From Takakia lepidozioides (taxonomy: Eukaryota > Plantae > Bryophyta): a stretch of DNA of 64,000 nucleotides. The first letter of the stretch is position 1; each line of letters opens with the position of its first letter. Made by a program: the position numbers and the translations under genes. The notes beneath the pieces are model-generated. The model was not told where the DNA came from and did no database searches. It saw nothing but the letters and a program-made list of their open reading frames with translations. This document shows positions 25,406 through 40,030 of this stretch, in pieces. The stretch covers positions 76,756,001-76,820,000 of the forward strand of contig CM060732.1 in NCBI GenBank assembly GCA_030704615.1. Direction: 5' to 3'.

Positions 25406-28400
25406 TTGGGCACATTTGTTGGATGTAGAACCCACAAGTGACACAAGCATGGATTTTCCTTAGGCCATTCCGGAGTGGGTTCTCGAACTCAGTCCATGAG
25501 TGCATTCTTCACTCCCTCTTTTTCTACATTTTTATCAGCGAGTTTTATTGCACAGTTCGGAGGATTTATATGGGATCTTATTTCCTGCGGATGATCAATG
25601 GTTGCCAACGAAAGTCATAATCTAAATGCATGTATATATAAGGAACTGAGTTGTTAAGTCTGTTATTTGGCTGCAGCCTGTACAACAATGTGATGCAACC
25701 CTACAAGTTGAGTGTAGGCACAGATTTTCACTGTTTCAAGGTTGGGATTGCATCCCAAGGGGGAGGATCCCAAATGTGCAAATGGTGGCAAGTGGACTGC
25801 GAATACTCGTGGTGTCAAGAGTGCCCTCGACACTTTTTGACTTCACACTGTAGGTTTCCTTTCCCTTCTTCCTCTATTGAGATGCAGGTGCAGATTTCAC
25901 AGTTATCAAGTAGCAACTGACTTAGCTTCGAAGTTGTTGGAGTCTGTCATTGGCACCATGGGACATATGATATGTTGATATGGGCCTATCAGATACTTCC
26001 CTGCATCTTTAGATATTAAAGGAGATTTGCAGTTGGTTGACTAATTTCATAGTGGGTTTGGTAGGGCATATAATGCCACCTGGTTTCTGACTACATAATT
26101 CAGTATGTGGGGTGGTCATTCAGAAATCTGGAATTTCTAAATGAATTAGGGTTGGTAGCAAATGAAACTGCTGTAAGCATTACTGCAAGTACATTTCAAC
26201 CAGAATAGGATGACTGGCTGGCGTCTTCTCTGTCGATTGGAGGATCTTAATTGTGGATTAAATGTCCTTGACCTGCCAGCTGAGAAGTTTCTTCATTTCA
26301 GAAGCTTACTCCATGTGCTTCCCAAGCCTGTCAATGAGTGGGAGGTTTAGTGTAGTGTTTTGAAGATTATCATTGACTATTCCCCTTGGGAGTGTTGGAT
26401 TCTACTAAGGTACTAGTTAGTTGTGCATCAGCTCTGCTACTGGTCGTTGGTTGTAGGCTGGACTTTGCAAGCTATCCGTATACTACTGTAGTTATAGATC
26501 ACGAAGCTTTTCATAAGCAATATTGCAGAGAGACTGCTTGTTTCTACTTTTGCTTCACCACTGTGGAGCATATTTGGACTTAAACTTAATAAAATAAGAC
26601 GTCCATGTGTGCATAAGGATATGCTAAAACATCTATTCAGTCGTGCACATGGAGATTTGGTGCGTCAGGCTGGATGCTTGCTTGCAATGTCATAGTTCCT
26701 CTTTGATCAATTTGTGCCCCCTCCTCTTGAAGAAATGGAGTGATCACTCTTGTGATACCTGAGTTCAAGGCAATGGGCAGACTCTTTATATTCAGAACAT
26801 TAGTCCTAAAATAGATGTGTACATTGCATTGGACCCTGAGGTCCTGGTAGAGGACTATTCTCTTGTAAGTTGCGACGTTCACTGATGCTCCTATCCAGGA
26901 TTGCCCTTTTCCTGCTTGTCCCAAGAGGGCTTGGGCTCTCTGGCCCTGTCAGAGAAGCAATTTGGGTGATGAGTACATCTCTCTCTCCACTATAGTAATT
27001 CTCAATAGCGGGCGCCTAAGACCTGCTATAACTACAAATAAGCCTTACTACTGCATTGCTGTAACTAACTATAGAAAGTGGACATTAACCTTTGAAAAAC
27101 CTAATTTACATCTTCGTATGCATGTTGCACACCTTGGCTTCCTCAAGTAGACTAGACCTGAGAAGGCAATCCAGTCAGGACAGCTACTTAAAAAATTGAG
27201 TTCTGTACTTTACAGAGCAGATCCACATGGAAATTAACAGGGATCCTTTCGCTCCTACCACTGCACTTCCATGGCGGTGACGTTGCTTTACCTTGCAAAG
27301 CACAAGATGACCATTCAAGAGAAATGCTGGAACCCATTCAACTTGTCACTCCACCCAATGGCCCTACTTCAAGCTTCGCGGAGACTGGTGAATTAGGTCT
27401 TATACACTCGACTCGCTATGGCAGGAAGGACTGTATGCGCATGTAGGAAGACTCATCTTTTTTCAAGGATGGCTGCCTACTTTGTATGGGGTCCATACAA
27501 AGTCCATAAAAATCCTTGTCAACAAGTCTGTGTTAAGTGACATCTAAGTGCATAAAGGAATTCATGACTGGAGGAAACCCGTTGGTATCTTTCCATAGAA
27601 AGGCACTAATCTTAGCTACACGATCTTTCTTCCATATGTCTTTCCGTTTGGTCTTTCAATGAACAGGAATGGGAACCTTTTGTCATGCCATTTGAGCGTA
27701 AAGGAATTCTCAGGAAAAAGCAGAGAATCCATTTTCACTTGTACGCTAGGGAGGAGAGCGTGCATTGTCCATCCACAACGACCATTCTCACAGGTCAAAC
27801 TGGAGACCTGCCAGTGGGTGAGAATGAAACCATGATAAGTCAGAATTCAGAGCCCAATGAAGGACAGATCCAGGAGGAGGAATCCCTACAGTTGGTTGTG
27901 CCAGATAGATTATCAATCATCCAAATATGGAACAGATCGGTTTTGTCAATTTTGAGGTCACCGTAAACCAGAGGGATGGAGGAGAGACCAGAAGTGTCCT
28001 TGAGAGCAAAGCCAACAGACAAGGGCCTAGCAGTGTACAGTAGCATGGTTCTTTGTTCATTCCTTGAGAATGCAGCCTTTTGGGCTGCACAACGTAGCAA
28101 AGAGTTTTCAAGGAAAATCTGGAGCTTGCAGCCCATTATCCTCGGAAAGCCAGTGGTTTTCTACAGAATTTTAACTAGTTGTCTGACCAACATATTTGAG
28201 TCTCTTTTTCTTTGTTTTGTTCAAAAAGGTTCAGTGGTACAAAGCAGGTGGGTATCCTTGTCAACAAGTCTTCAATCTGTAAGTTAGTAAAAGCTATTTT
28301 CCTATGTAATATTCAATCCATCCATCCACAGAAAAGCCTTGGAGCTGACGTTGACTTAAATCATCTCTCGCAACATTTGTTGATCATGAGAAGACTACCC

Positions 28401-31400
28401 TCCTCTCTCAAATTGTTGCACTAGCGTCTCGATCATGCAAGCGAGCTCCCTCTAGATCCCTAGACTCGACTAAGAATGGAAAGGCTTCAAAAATCTCAAC
28501 CGCACCAGCTTCTTGAAGACATCTCTACCATGTCTGGCCTCCTCAGCTCGCACCCCTGATTTGCATAACGAACTCTAGATCGATCTACATGCACGCAAAA
28601 CGAGAGCCCGTTCGAACGAGTTATATCCACCAGCTCCAAAGCCCGATTTGGAAAAAGAAATGATCTCCAACACCCCATTGTGTAGATACCCAGTACAAAT
28701 AGTACTCATCTCCCTTCACACCCTCTTCTCAGTCTGGCGATGGAAGAAGGGTGAGGGGCCCAAGGAGGCTCCGCACCGAGCTTTGTCATGCAGCCACGCC
28801 CAAGTCGCTCTCTTGGCTTTTGCTTCGAGCGCTGCCTCCTTCCGTCGACATCCATCGACGACCGCCTTCGCTGCAGTAAGATTTTATTCTTTGTTTTGTT
28901 TTGTTTTTACTGTTCCGTGTTCAGTACACGATATTTTACTTGTGGACTAAATAAATCAAAATTGCCAACGACGGTGTCAAACGACAGTGACGCTAGAGAA
29001 GGGGGCACCATCGTGATCCCTGTCCACGTCCAGCCGACGGAAAAAGACAACGAACCAGCTACTTCGTTGGCGCTCCTGCGCATGCAATGGAAAACAATTG
29101 TTATCCACACGACATATGTTCATACTCATCCTTCCAGACAATCACAAATTTACTTGACCTCTCTACATGCAAAAACTATTCTCATTTTGGTGAAAGAAAG
29201 GTGTGGACTGTCAGTCTATCTTGATTTGAGGACTTAAAGAGTCTGTCAAGGAGGGGTTGTGATTGAAGCTGACATCATAATGTTTGCTTGCATTATGTTC
29301 TCAATTTGCTGATTACTGGCATTTTCAGTCTTGATTACAAAAAAGCGGCAAATTTTATTTGAATTTGTATCATAAGCAATTTCTGGTTGCTCCCTGTGAT
29401 ACTTGGAACTTCAGTGGTTGTAGTTGTTGTATGGTAGGGCTGTTTTTGAGGCTATGGCTGCCCAGCTACCTGCTGGTATTTTTCACAGAAAAATCCAAGT
29501 ACTTGGGGTATAATATAATCACATACAGGAGGTCCTTTGGATTCAGGGTTGCTCCTGGGATGAAAGCAGAACCTACGGCCACAATGCAAGGTCGAGCACA
29601 TTGATCTGTTGACTATCCAAATTTCAATGTAAATTCGATTTCAAATTTCGGCCTTCAATCTCCCATTACCTTGAAGATTCTTCATAATAGTTTGTAATAC
29701 ATATGAAACATATTAGATACGACATGCTTCAACCATAGTCTTATCATCAACAGCTCAGATGCAATGAACGTTGGTGCCAACAAACAACAGAAAACAAAAA
29801 CCAAAGAAGAAAAACCCCAAACAAATGTATACACACGTGATGCTCTGAAATTTGAAGGGTCCAGATGAAAAGGGACACTAGTACACCCATGTGGGCAGGA
29901 GAGGACGAAAGAGACAAAGGGGGACGACACACTGGAGATGACCGGCAGGTGGCGCAAGGGCCTGGCCACCCCTTTGGTGCCTCCAGCGTATTGAAAACCC
30001 TATTAACCTAGAATGAGAGGCCTAATAGATAAATAAATAGAATAAAGATCCCAAATGCTCCGAGGCGTTAATCGGGAAGGTCAGAAAGATGAAGGCGAAT
30101 GGCCCAGCCAATGGGGAGGGCGGGCTGGGCTGCTGGAACATTCGAATGATGAGGGCAGGTATAGATCGTTGCGTACAAATAGCGGAAAGTTCTAGACGCT
30201 TCAAGAAAAAACGCCTCCGGATAATTCGAGAAGTACCTGCGATCTGGAAACTTCTTTAGGAGCTTTGTAGAATGACGAGGCGGCGAGCGAGCAAGAGTGG
30301 TGGCCAAGCGGGCATGGTGCTGGGAGCTGGTGGTGCGACAGTGACATGCTGTGACAAGAACGAGACCAGACGAGCCATAAGGTGCAAAAGAACGGTGGTG
30401 GGCCCAACAACCTATGCATAAGGAACAGGCTAGTGTCGCATCGAGCCGCATGTGTTGGAAATGGTAGATGTAGTGCAAATCTTTTTTGAATGTGGTACAA
30501 CTAATTCCAAGGTCGTGGCAGAACTAGTCGGAATGAGCATCCATTTTAGATTTGTGTGTGTTTTCCCTTGTAACTTTCAAATGTTTATATTTGTAAATAA
30601 AGTTCCAGACCTTAAAGTATCCAATAAATAACCCACGATGATCACTTTAGTATACATGGCAGGCTTTAGAACATACATCAAACCAATCCCTACATGCCAC
30701 ATGTCGTTCTGACAGTGGCCTGAGTATGCAATTGGAAGGTCTGCTTCCAATACAAATATTCTTCGATTCTGACGAAACTGGACTTTTTCATTTCTCATTT
30801 ATGTATTTTAAAAACATTTTTTAATTAATTAGTTATTTTTTCCTTTCCAAGTTGCAAAATTCTTGGTTATTACTTAGGGCCATTGACCAAGGAGACCCCT
30901 TCCGGATTTTGATGAAGTTGAATTTTCTATGTAGTTTTTGCACATTTTAATATTTATAATGGTTCCAACTGCATTTACATTTCTGACAACATGGCCCACC
31001 TTCTCACATTGACACTAGTAATTTTTACGTATCTCTGTACATTTTTTAGAAAATGCAGGGTCATGAAATTGGAGCATGCAGGAGGGGCCATGTAGAGTTG
31101 ACATGTGGCGAGACATAATAGTTGGGCTCATTCTGGTGGTAACTTTTATAAATTCTCCCCTTGTATCTAAAATTTGTTTCCACCAAGCCCACTATTGTAG
31201 TGCATTCCCCACCCTCGTGAGAGTGATTGAGTAAAACATCTCGACATCAATGGATCAATTTTTTTGGAATGGGCTCACCTGGAAATGCCAAGCTATGGAA
31301 GTCATTATTACCCCCCTCAAACACATACAAAGGACCCAAGAATAAAAAAATGTTGTTGGCTTGAAATTTTCACAATAAGGATCCTAAATCCTCCGATACC

Positions 31401-32728
31401 ATACCACATTTCTTTGTGGGAGGCAAAAGCAAGAAAAATCAACCCGTCACTTAATAGCTTGGTCAAAGCTCAAATTTCATACTTTGGGAAATCTAACAGA
31501 AAAAAGCCCCTATTAAAACATTAAAATCTCTCCGCTCCTTTCCCAAAAGGAAAACCAAAGAAAAAACCTCTAGTCATGTGGTGAATATCTCCGCAATTTG
31601 TTGAGTTGCTGTACATGGTAACCCAGGTAATCTGGTAAGGTTCAATTTCTTGGATGTAACAAGGTAAGTAGGTATGTAGTATGTAGCCTCAATCAACTCG
31701 CCAGATGTCACTTTTTTGGGGGATGAAATTTGCCCAATGGCGGGCCCCTAATGGTTAATTAAAATTAAAAAAGAAAAAAACAGAAGGGGAAAAAAGGCAT
31801 TTTTCTTATACGCTTGCATACGCGGGCGACGGTGGCCCGGTCGTTTAGCATTATCGCAAATCCTCATCGGAGGCAGTGGGTCTGGGGTTCAAATCGCAAT
31901 GAGTGACTTCAGCTGCCTTGGGACTTCGGACCCCCACTGGGATTATTTTTCCCTTTAAGGGTCCTAATTCATAGAGATTGTCCGTGTATTATTGTTACCG
32001 AATAGGGTAAGATACGGGGGGCCTTTTACCATCTTCTTCGCAGGGCCCTGCAGATTTTTATGCTGCAAATCCCTCTTCTCTCTAGGCATCAAGTCTGTTG
32101 GAGTTCCTGATCTGTGCATACTCCCTGGGCTCTTTCCTATCCCTACTTTCTCTTCTTCTTCTTCGTCTTCTTCTTCTGGGTTTCACCTCTGGCACTAGCT
32201 CTAATCTGCCACCATTGGATTTGCTTTGGCTCACTCTCTAGTGGTTTCCTCTCTTCTTCATGCTCTCCATCTCTTTGTGTGTCCCTAGTGCCTGAGATTG
32301 TTAGGTGGTTTCGTTTTGTGGTTTTTGATTCTGTCTGCATCTTGTCCTCGGAAGCGTTCTTTCAATTCTCCCAGCCTCATCAGGCGTTTGGTGGAAGTAG
32401 CTTTGCAGTGTTACACCATTCGATTTCGGGTTTGAAGCAGGTTTTCTGTAAATAGCCTTGCCCAGAAGTTAGGATCTGCAGGGGAAATTGCATCGGAGAT
32501 GTTATAATTGTTAGCAGGAAGTGAAGGGTGGACAAAGATCATCATCATCATCAAGGGAGAGACACTTCTCGAGGAAGTCTGGTTTCAGCAGGCTTGGTGA
32601 AGGGGGCTAGGGTAAGACGCCTGGTGGGTTTCGAAGACGTGTACGACCAGTATTATATTGGGGAGCATACGTTGCAAGACGGAGACGAAGTGGAGCAAGG
32701 CGGAGGAGGAGAGGCACATGTGCGATGG

Positions 32729-35700
32729 ATGATGAGCCTGCCAAGTGACACCTCCCCCTTGTCTACATCGCACGCCCTGGCTCAACGTCGCTACAGTCAG
32801 GTATGTCTTATGCCGTCTTTCTCATTTGTCAATTGGAATGGTCTTTTAAAGCTCTCTTGTTCTTATTTGGCTGTTGAAGAGGCGTTCTTCTCATCAGATC
32901 CGTTGCGAGATCTGACCACATAGTAGCTTCATCCTCTTTGTGGGGTTTGAGGGCACTTCCTTCTCCACTTTACTGCGCGAAACCCCACCCTGCCCGGTTC
33001 CCTGCCGCAGTTTGTCTCCCTCTTTTAGTGGTTTGTACTCTCTTATTTGTATTTTCCCGTTTTCTTTGGTGTTTGTCCAAGCCCACAAGCCCATGGCAAG
33101 TAGGGTTGCATGGGAACACTGCCCGTGGACTCCTAGCTGCCAAAACACTAACGAATGTGAAACTGTCGATGTGATCTGGACTTGATATGGCGTTTCCTTA
33201 ACTCTTTTTTAGGCTCGTGTTTGCTCATTAGTCACCTATGTATCGGTTGTGCCCCTGCCTTTCGCATGACCATGACCTTACCTTATTCATCTTTTTCGCT
33301 TTTGATCAATTTACTTGCTCTCCTTGCTTTCATTATCTGCTGTGGTGTAACTCTGTTTGCTAACTGTTCAATAGCCCGGCTGCAAGCCAACCGGGTAGCT
33401 CAAGAGTGTAAGTTCTATTTGTATTGTGTTGCACAGTTCCTGCCTTAATGCGTTGATACACTTGTACACATAATACTATAGAATTCCTGTGTCATCTAAA
33501 TCACCTTTTCGCATACGCACAGATCCTTCCCTTCATTTGAGCAGTTATCTCATCTACTAGTTTATTGGGAATTTGGAACCGATGAGGAAATTGGAGTACC
33601 GGTGTCTTTGGTTGGGAGGATCCAGTCTGAATTGGCAGCTGTTCTCTTTGTTGGTAGGCTGTTGACTTTGCAGTCATTTTCAGGAGCGGATTATGATGTA
33701 ACTATGCTGCTTCTCTGATCCTCCCCACTTATTTGTGCAGGCCCTGGAGCTAGAGAAGCAGCTACGGATCTTGCTTCAAGCAAAGGGGCCATTTGACTCA
33801 AACGTTCGTTCTCTGCGAAATAATATCCGGGAGAATTTTGAGGCTGTCATTCTTGACAATCATGAGTTTGCAGAATCCCATGATGTGGAACAGGCAATCT
33901 GGCGTCTGCATTACAAACAGATTGATGAGTTCCGGGCTAAAATCAAGAAGAACAATGCTATGGCAGTGGCGGCTCCTAACATACCTGCTCCGGGCTCCAA
34001 AGTTGTTCCTCGGAAAGAGCCTATTCATAAAGTACTTGCCATCTTCAAGAGCTTTTTGGCAGAAGCCACTGGTTTTTACCATAACTTAATTCTGAAGCTG
34101 AGGGCAAAGCATGGTCTCCCTCAGGATTATTCAGCCTTTGAGGGCATTGAAACCGGTGTGTCGGCTGATGATGAGGTGCGGGCAGCTGAAGTGAAGCGTT
34201 GCCAACTTTCCTGCCACCGCTGCTTGATTTTCTTGGGTGATCTAGCACGATACAAAGAGCTTCATGGCGATGGCCAGGATGTACGGAGCTATGACTGGTC
34301 TGTCGCTGCTGGATACTACCTTCAGGCAGCTTCTCTGTGGCCATCCAGTGGCAATCCTCACAATCAGGTTAGTATCCTATCTTACTGCTATGTGAAATGA
34401 CAAGGATGGAAACATGGAGGGGGTTCTAAAATGGGAGGAGAGAATGGGAAGTTGTGAGGCTGGGGAAAGTGGGCTTGGCATGGACGGTTGTCCCTGTTCA
34501 TATATATGGATGACCACATACTGGGTTTGGGAGATGAAATGCATCAGAGGTACAGATCTCTCTTAACTTTGCTCGCTTTATGTGTGAGGTATGCCTAAGT
34601 GTGCATTGGCGATGACTGCAGTTGGCTGTGTTGGCAACTTATGTTGGGGATGAGCTGCTCGCAGTGTACCGTTATTTCCGCAGTCTTGCTGTGGAAACTC
34701 CATTTTTAACTGCCAGAGACAATCTGATTCTTCTTTTCGAAAAGGTGGGTTGTCTTTGAACTTCTGTCTTGTTCATTATTAGCTGTGAAAAGTAGCTGAT
34801 AAGTATTTGCCTTGCCAGCGTACTGTTATGACTTTTCATTAGTGACCTGATTTGTACTTCTTTTATTCTCGATTGTTTGTCCCAGAATCGCCAGCATTAT
34901 TCTCAGCTTCATTCCGGCAGTGAGACAGTGAGTTCCAAGTCAGATGTACCAACAGTTTCTGAGGATGGAAAAGCTGGAAAAGTTGGTGGGATGCTTTCTG
35001 TTGGGGATGGAGCCGTGCAGCTTGCCGTCAAAGAGCGGAAGCAAGAGACTGGCGATTTGACGGCAAACGGATCTAGTGCTGAGCTAAGAAAAAGTTTTCG
35101 TGTCTGCTTTGTGCGACTGAATGGAATTCTCTTCACAAGAACCAGGTACGTGACTTGCATGAAACCTACTTGTATAGGTTGCAGAAAGCTTAGTCCAGTT
35201 TTTCTCGACTCTTCTCTGTGACACAGGAAGCATAAAAGGAAGGTTTCTACTTTGGGTGGTTGTCAGTCATGTGGCTAGGGACAAACACCTAACTCTTTGT
35301 GATTGACTTACCTGGCTAGCCTGGAGACATTTCCGGAAGTTTACTCAGCGACAGTTGGTGAGCTGGAGCGGCTATTGGCCAGGGAGGATGCGAGTCTGGA
35401 GGCAGGCTTAGGTGCCGACCATCGCAGTGGGGTAGGAATGCATAGTGCTGGTGCATCTGGTGTGCTTCAGCTGGTGGCTATTCTCATTTTCACTATTCAC
35501 AATGTCAACTGGGGACTGGAGACACATCATCCAACCTATGCAGAGATATTACAGCGCTTGGCCCTCTTCCAGCATGCTTTCATAGCAGCATTTGAATGTG
35601 TGGGACGCCTCATGCGCCGGTGCACCGAAAGTAAAGATGCAACCAAATCCCCACTCCTTCCTGCTGTGCTTGTGTTTCTGGAGTGGCTAGCCTGCCAACC

Positions 35701-37888
35701 CAAGATGGCTGTAGGGAGTGAGATCAATGAAAAGCAGGCAAGTGCAAGGTCCTTCTTCTGGAGGCAGTGCTTAAATCTTTTAAACACCTTTAGTGAGTGC
35801 TCAAAGGGGCAGGGTGATGTGAACGGAGGACTTGAGGGGCGGCTTACTCTTGGCTCCCTGGATGCTTTCAGTGAGGATGAAAGTGAGGGCGGTGTTGCTC
35901 TTTGGGAGGATTATCAACTCCGGGGCTTTGTCCCACTTGTTCCTGCCCAGACTGCATTGGACTACTCTAAACGTCCTCCACGTGAAGGTATGGGGCACAA
36001 GAAGGAACGCCAATTGCGTGTGCAGAGGCTAGTAGCTGCTGGGAAGGCGGTTGCAACTTCTTTAGAAGGTACAGGAAGGGGTATCTGCTACGATGATGAA
36101 TTGGAGAAGTTCGTCATGGCTGGAGAGGTACGTGAGAAGGAGAAGGAACAGGGTGTAGGCTTGGAAGTGGATGAGCTGAATGACCTCGCAGGGGAGGAAG
36201 AAGGTAATGAATCAGAGGATGCCAGCGATGCCTTGCTAAACACCAGTTCTAGTGATGGTGGTGGCTGGAACTTAGAACCTCCCCTGGAGATGCACCTGTC
36301 CCCGCCTGCACAGGGCCTCACCACCAGGGTTGCACAAGGAGAAGAAGAGGATGAGGAAGTCATCGTATTCAGGCCGATGAGCAAGGACGGACAAGCTAAC
36401 AATTCATCTCCAGCTGAGGAATCAGGTGTGGGAGACAGACGAGGGCCAGTGTCCTCAGTTAGTGCCTCCTCCGCTGTAGCCTCTGAGATTTTTGCACAAC
36501 CAGCTCCTGTGGTGAAAAACAGCTATGGCAATCATTGGGTTCCTGAAGCTCCTAGGGGTGGAGCACCTGTTTCTTCTTCAAACATTCAGGGTCTCCATCA
36601 TAGCGGTCAGCAACCCGCCTATAAGAGTGCCAGCTATCTCGTGGATTCTTTGTTGTCAGGACCCACAAGATCTGGTGTGATTGAGCTTGCAGTCCCTGCA
36701 CCTTGGATTACTAGTTCTGTGAGTGGAAGCATTGCCGCAACAGCACCTTCATTGGCTGGTGTGGCAGCTTCTCTATCAACTGTGGAGTCATCTGGCTTGA
36801 GTACCACTGTGAAAGGTGTCTCCACAGGGTCTTTTGGGCTTCCTTATTCGCCAATGACAAGCAATGCAGGGGATTGGTTGAATTGCATGCCTGGTGCTTC
36901 TGCACCTGCCTACAGCCCTGCAACTGCTTTTGGTGGCTGGGAACAGGTTAGTGTGTTTGCAAATGGCCCGGACAAAATGTCGACGGCTGCTGGAGTGATT
37001 GGACAGCCCAGGCAGACCACAGTGAGCACCTCTCCATGGAGCTCACAGCTGGAGGCCTTGGCCACAAATGGACTGTCCAGTGCACGTCTGGGCACCTTAA
37101 CTTCTAATGGTGGGCTAATGGGGGAGACCAAGCCTTTGTCAACTCCTCTCCCTCACTCAAGTACATCTGAAATTTCTGCAATCCCAGCGCCAGTTAAGTA
37201 TGCAAGCATGAGCAATGGAGTTGTGGCACCTGTTCCCAGCACTGTGTGGAGTTCCAAAAATAATCCAACTCCTAACAGGGTAGGGCCTCCAACCATGCGC
37301 CCGCCACCTGGTTTTGGACCACTTCCAGCCAAACCTGCGCTAAGTGCTGCAATGGGCACTCCTCAAGGGATCACTCGGCCACCTGCACCAAATCGTGCCA
37401 GCCAGCTCCCTAGTGAGGCAGATGAACATCAAGCCGATGACTATGGTTGGTTAGATGGTTACAAAAGTGCAAAGCCCACTGTAACCCAGGCAGGATACCA
37501 GGGGCAGGGAGGTTCGTCACTATACAGCTCCAGCTATGGGAATGGGATGTGGTCCCTGGGCAGTAACAATCTGGCAAGTTCGGGCTCTGATGCCACTTCC
37601 TTTCCTTTCCCTGGGATGGGTGGCTCGCATCACTGTACGACCACCAGCAGCCCCCTGCCACCTCCACCTCCACCTCCACAGCTACAGCCATCTTATAGTG
37701 AAGTTCAACAGAAGTATGACATTCAGTGGCAGAGGCAGCTCTATGAAGCCCAGGCCCAGGCCCAGGCCCAACTCCATCACCGGCAGCAACAACACTTACT
37801 CATCTCACAACGCCAGCAACAGCAGCAACAGCAGCAGCCACAACAGTGGTCTGGGCAGTTCCGCTCTCAGGACCCGTTTGTGTCATAA
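32729..37888 (+). CDS. SMG7: SMG7/EST1-family nonsense-mediated decay factor, 5 coding exons
   Basis: Exons 32729-32800, 33741-34367, 34622-34744, 34886-35145 and 35320-37888 are in frame with GT-AG introns. Motifs: IWRLHYKQI, CHRCLIFLGDLARYKE, WPSSGNPHNQLAVLA, YRYFRSL, ALWEDYQLRGFVPL, MRPPPGFGP, DDYGWLDGY. Q/P-rich C terminus. Confidence 0.95.
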
Positions 37889-39606
37889 AAATTCTATGTC
37901 TAATCTGGTAATTTTCTGATGCTTTGTGGAGAAAATGTGATGGCATTTGTGTTTGTCAACTTCGCATGTAGTGACTAGATGAAGAGAGAGTTGTCTGGGA
38001 GGCATTGGGATGTTGTATTAATTTGTGTTTCAGATTAAGCAGTGTCAACTTGTAAGGCAAAGTAAGTTGTCTTTGCTGGTTGTTATCTGCAAAGCAAGTA
38101 ACTAACTTTCTTCTTACTATCATGGCAACAGGTACCCTGTGAACTAATATATATACTCACTAGTCTTTTCATGGCTGATGTGGCAGGTTGACTTGTCTGT
38201 CGGCACATACACATTCATCTCACCTCACTAGTATGAGAGTCCTAGGAAGTGCAGTCACCTTTCCTGGTGGGCTACAATGAGGAGTATGATGTTGGAGCTG
38301 CAGGTACCCACACCTGAGTCGCGTGTGTGGTAAACAAGGCAACTTGGTCTTGGAATGATGCCCACTTGCAAATGACACCATCTAAGTGACAGTGCTCCAT
38401 GTTAGATGTTTACCCAAAGCAGAATGAAAAACTGTAATCTTTCTGAGCTTTCTCTGCACTTGGAGATATATGCCCGCAGCATCCTGGTCGCTCAAGTTGT
38501 TGTACTGCAGTTCAAGTTTGTACTTCATAATCGAAAAACATCAGGCAGCAGATGCAAGAGGGAAGGTTCTGTGATCTGTTGGTTGAAGCTAGTGGGGCTC
38601 TACACTTCCATCTGCTGCCGCACAACAATGACCCATCATCCAAGGAGCATGGAAGTCAACACACAAGAAGGTGTCTAAGGGTGGATGGACTAAGGATGCA
38701 CAGATGCAGGTATCTTGTCTGGAGATGGAGTAGAAGGCATCAGTGTTTCATACCTGGCATTATATCTGGTCAAGCATGTTCAGATGTAGACTCAAGGATC
38801 AGTTACTGTGGTGGCTAGTACCTCGCGGAAGATGCTGTTAATGCCAGGCATGGCATGGGCATGTGGGATTAGGCTGAGGATCGATGCAGCAGGGGAATAC
38901 TAGCTGTGTATGTTCAATTGGCGGGCTTGTTTCCCCTGTTCCTGTTCCCTGCGCTGGATCTCCTAGTTGTACTACGTGGTCTTCAAAGAGCAGACGAAAG
39001 TGTTCTGCATATACTTCTTCTTACATGCAGTTGTCCTATTTTGTGCTTCTTGACTTCCAATCTGTGGCACAGTGTAGTGTTTGTGATAGCTGTGCCTCAA
39101 GTTTGGTTAGCATGAAGCAAGCTACATATTTTGTGCACTTTTGGGTTTTCAGTTAGCATTGCTATCTCTGGAGGGCCATCTTATCATATTTAGCAGGGAC
39201 CTTTTATTGTTTTCTTGAGCGGTGACTATATATTATCATCTTATATAGCAGTGGCATTCCATGTGCTTCCTCATATAATGAATTGCTATGCTTATAAATT
39301 GGCACTTGTCAATGGGGTCAGTAACTGTTCCGAACAGATATTAGTGATTCTTTCTTGTGCTCTTTTGTCTCTGGAGTTTAGTTCCACAATACAGTACACA
39401 ATAGTGACATTACAGAAGTGACAACATACTTCATTCCCCGGATGGATGTCTGACTATAGAAACGTGCACATGGGCTCTTGGCTAAGATACGATTCCAGAG
39501 TACATTGTGGCTTGCTACTTGTTCTCCTACCTATGTTTACGCCAGATTGTCATGCCCGCCACGCCGGTAAGCATTTGTCTGATCAATGTATATGGCTATT
39601 TAGTAT

Positions 39607-40030
39607 GCCTCTCATTTTTGAATAATTGGGAGTTTATGTAGCGTGTGTGGGACAGGACGCGGGGTCGCCCTCCCCCACCCCGCCCACCCCCACCTGCCAG
39701 CCGCGCACCGACAGCCACCCGCGGCCCTGCCCGCACGCGGCCCACCCCGCCCACCCCCACCTGCCAGCCGCGCACCGACAGCCACCCGCGGCCCTGCCCG
39801 CACGCCGCCCAGCCCGCCCCCGGTGCGCGGCCCCCGCCGGCCCGCCCTCGCCGCTGGGTCTGCCCGCCATCGGGTCCCAGTGGGTCTGCCCTTGCTGGGG
39901 TCTGCCCAAGCTCGGTCTGCGCATGTCGTCCGGCAGAAAACCCCAGACCGGCACAACAGACCCAGACCTACGTGGCGCGCATCTGCCCGTCCAGATCCGA
40001 TAATATCCAGAGCGTCCGGATTTAGGGCAT
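39607..40030 (+). repeat. Left TIR of outer MULE (GC-rich, internal ~67-bp tandem duplication)
   Basis: Reverse-complement match to 63608-63979, strong over ~310 bp and again at CCGGATTTAGGGCATG. Confidence 0.92.

Noticed and set aside
25900-31600. Many short ORFs, possibly decayed gene or TE fragments
   Set aside because: I could not recognise any motif, splice-consistent model or terminal repeats, so the region is left unannotated.
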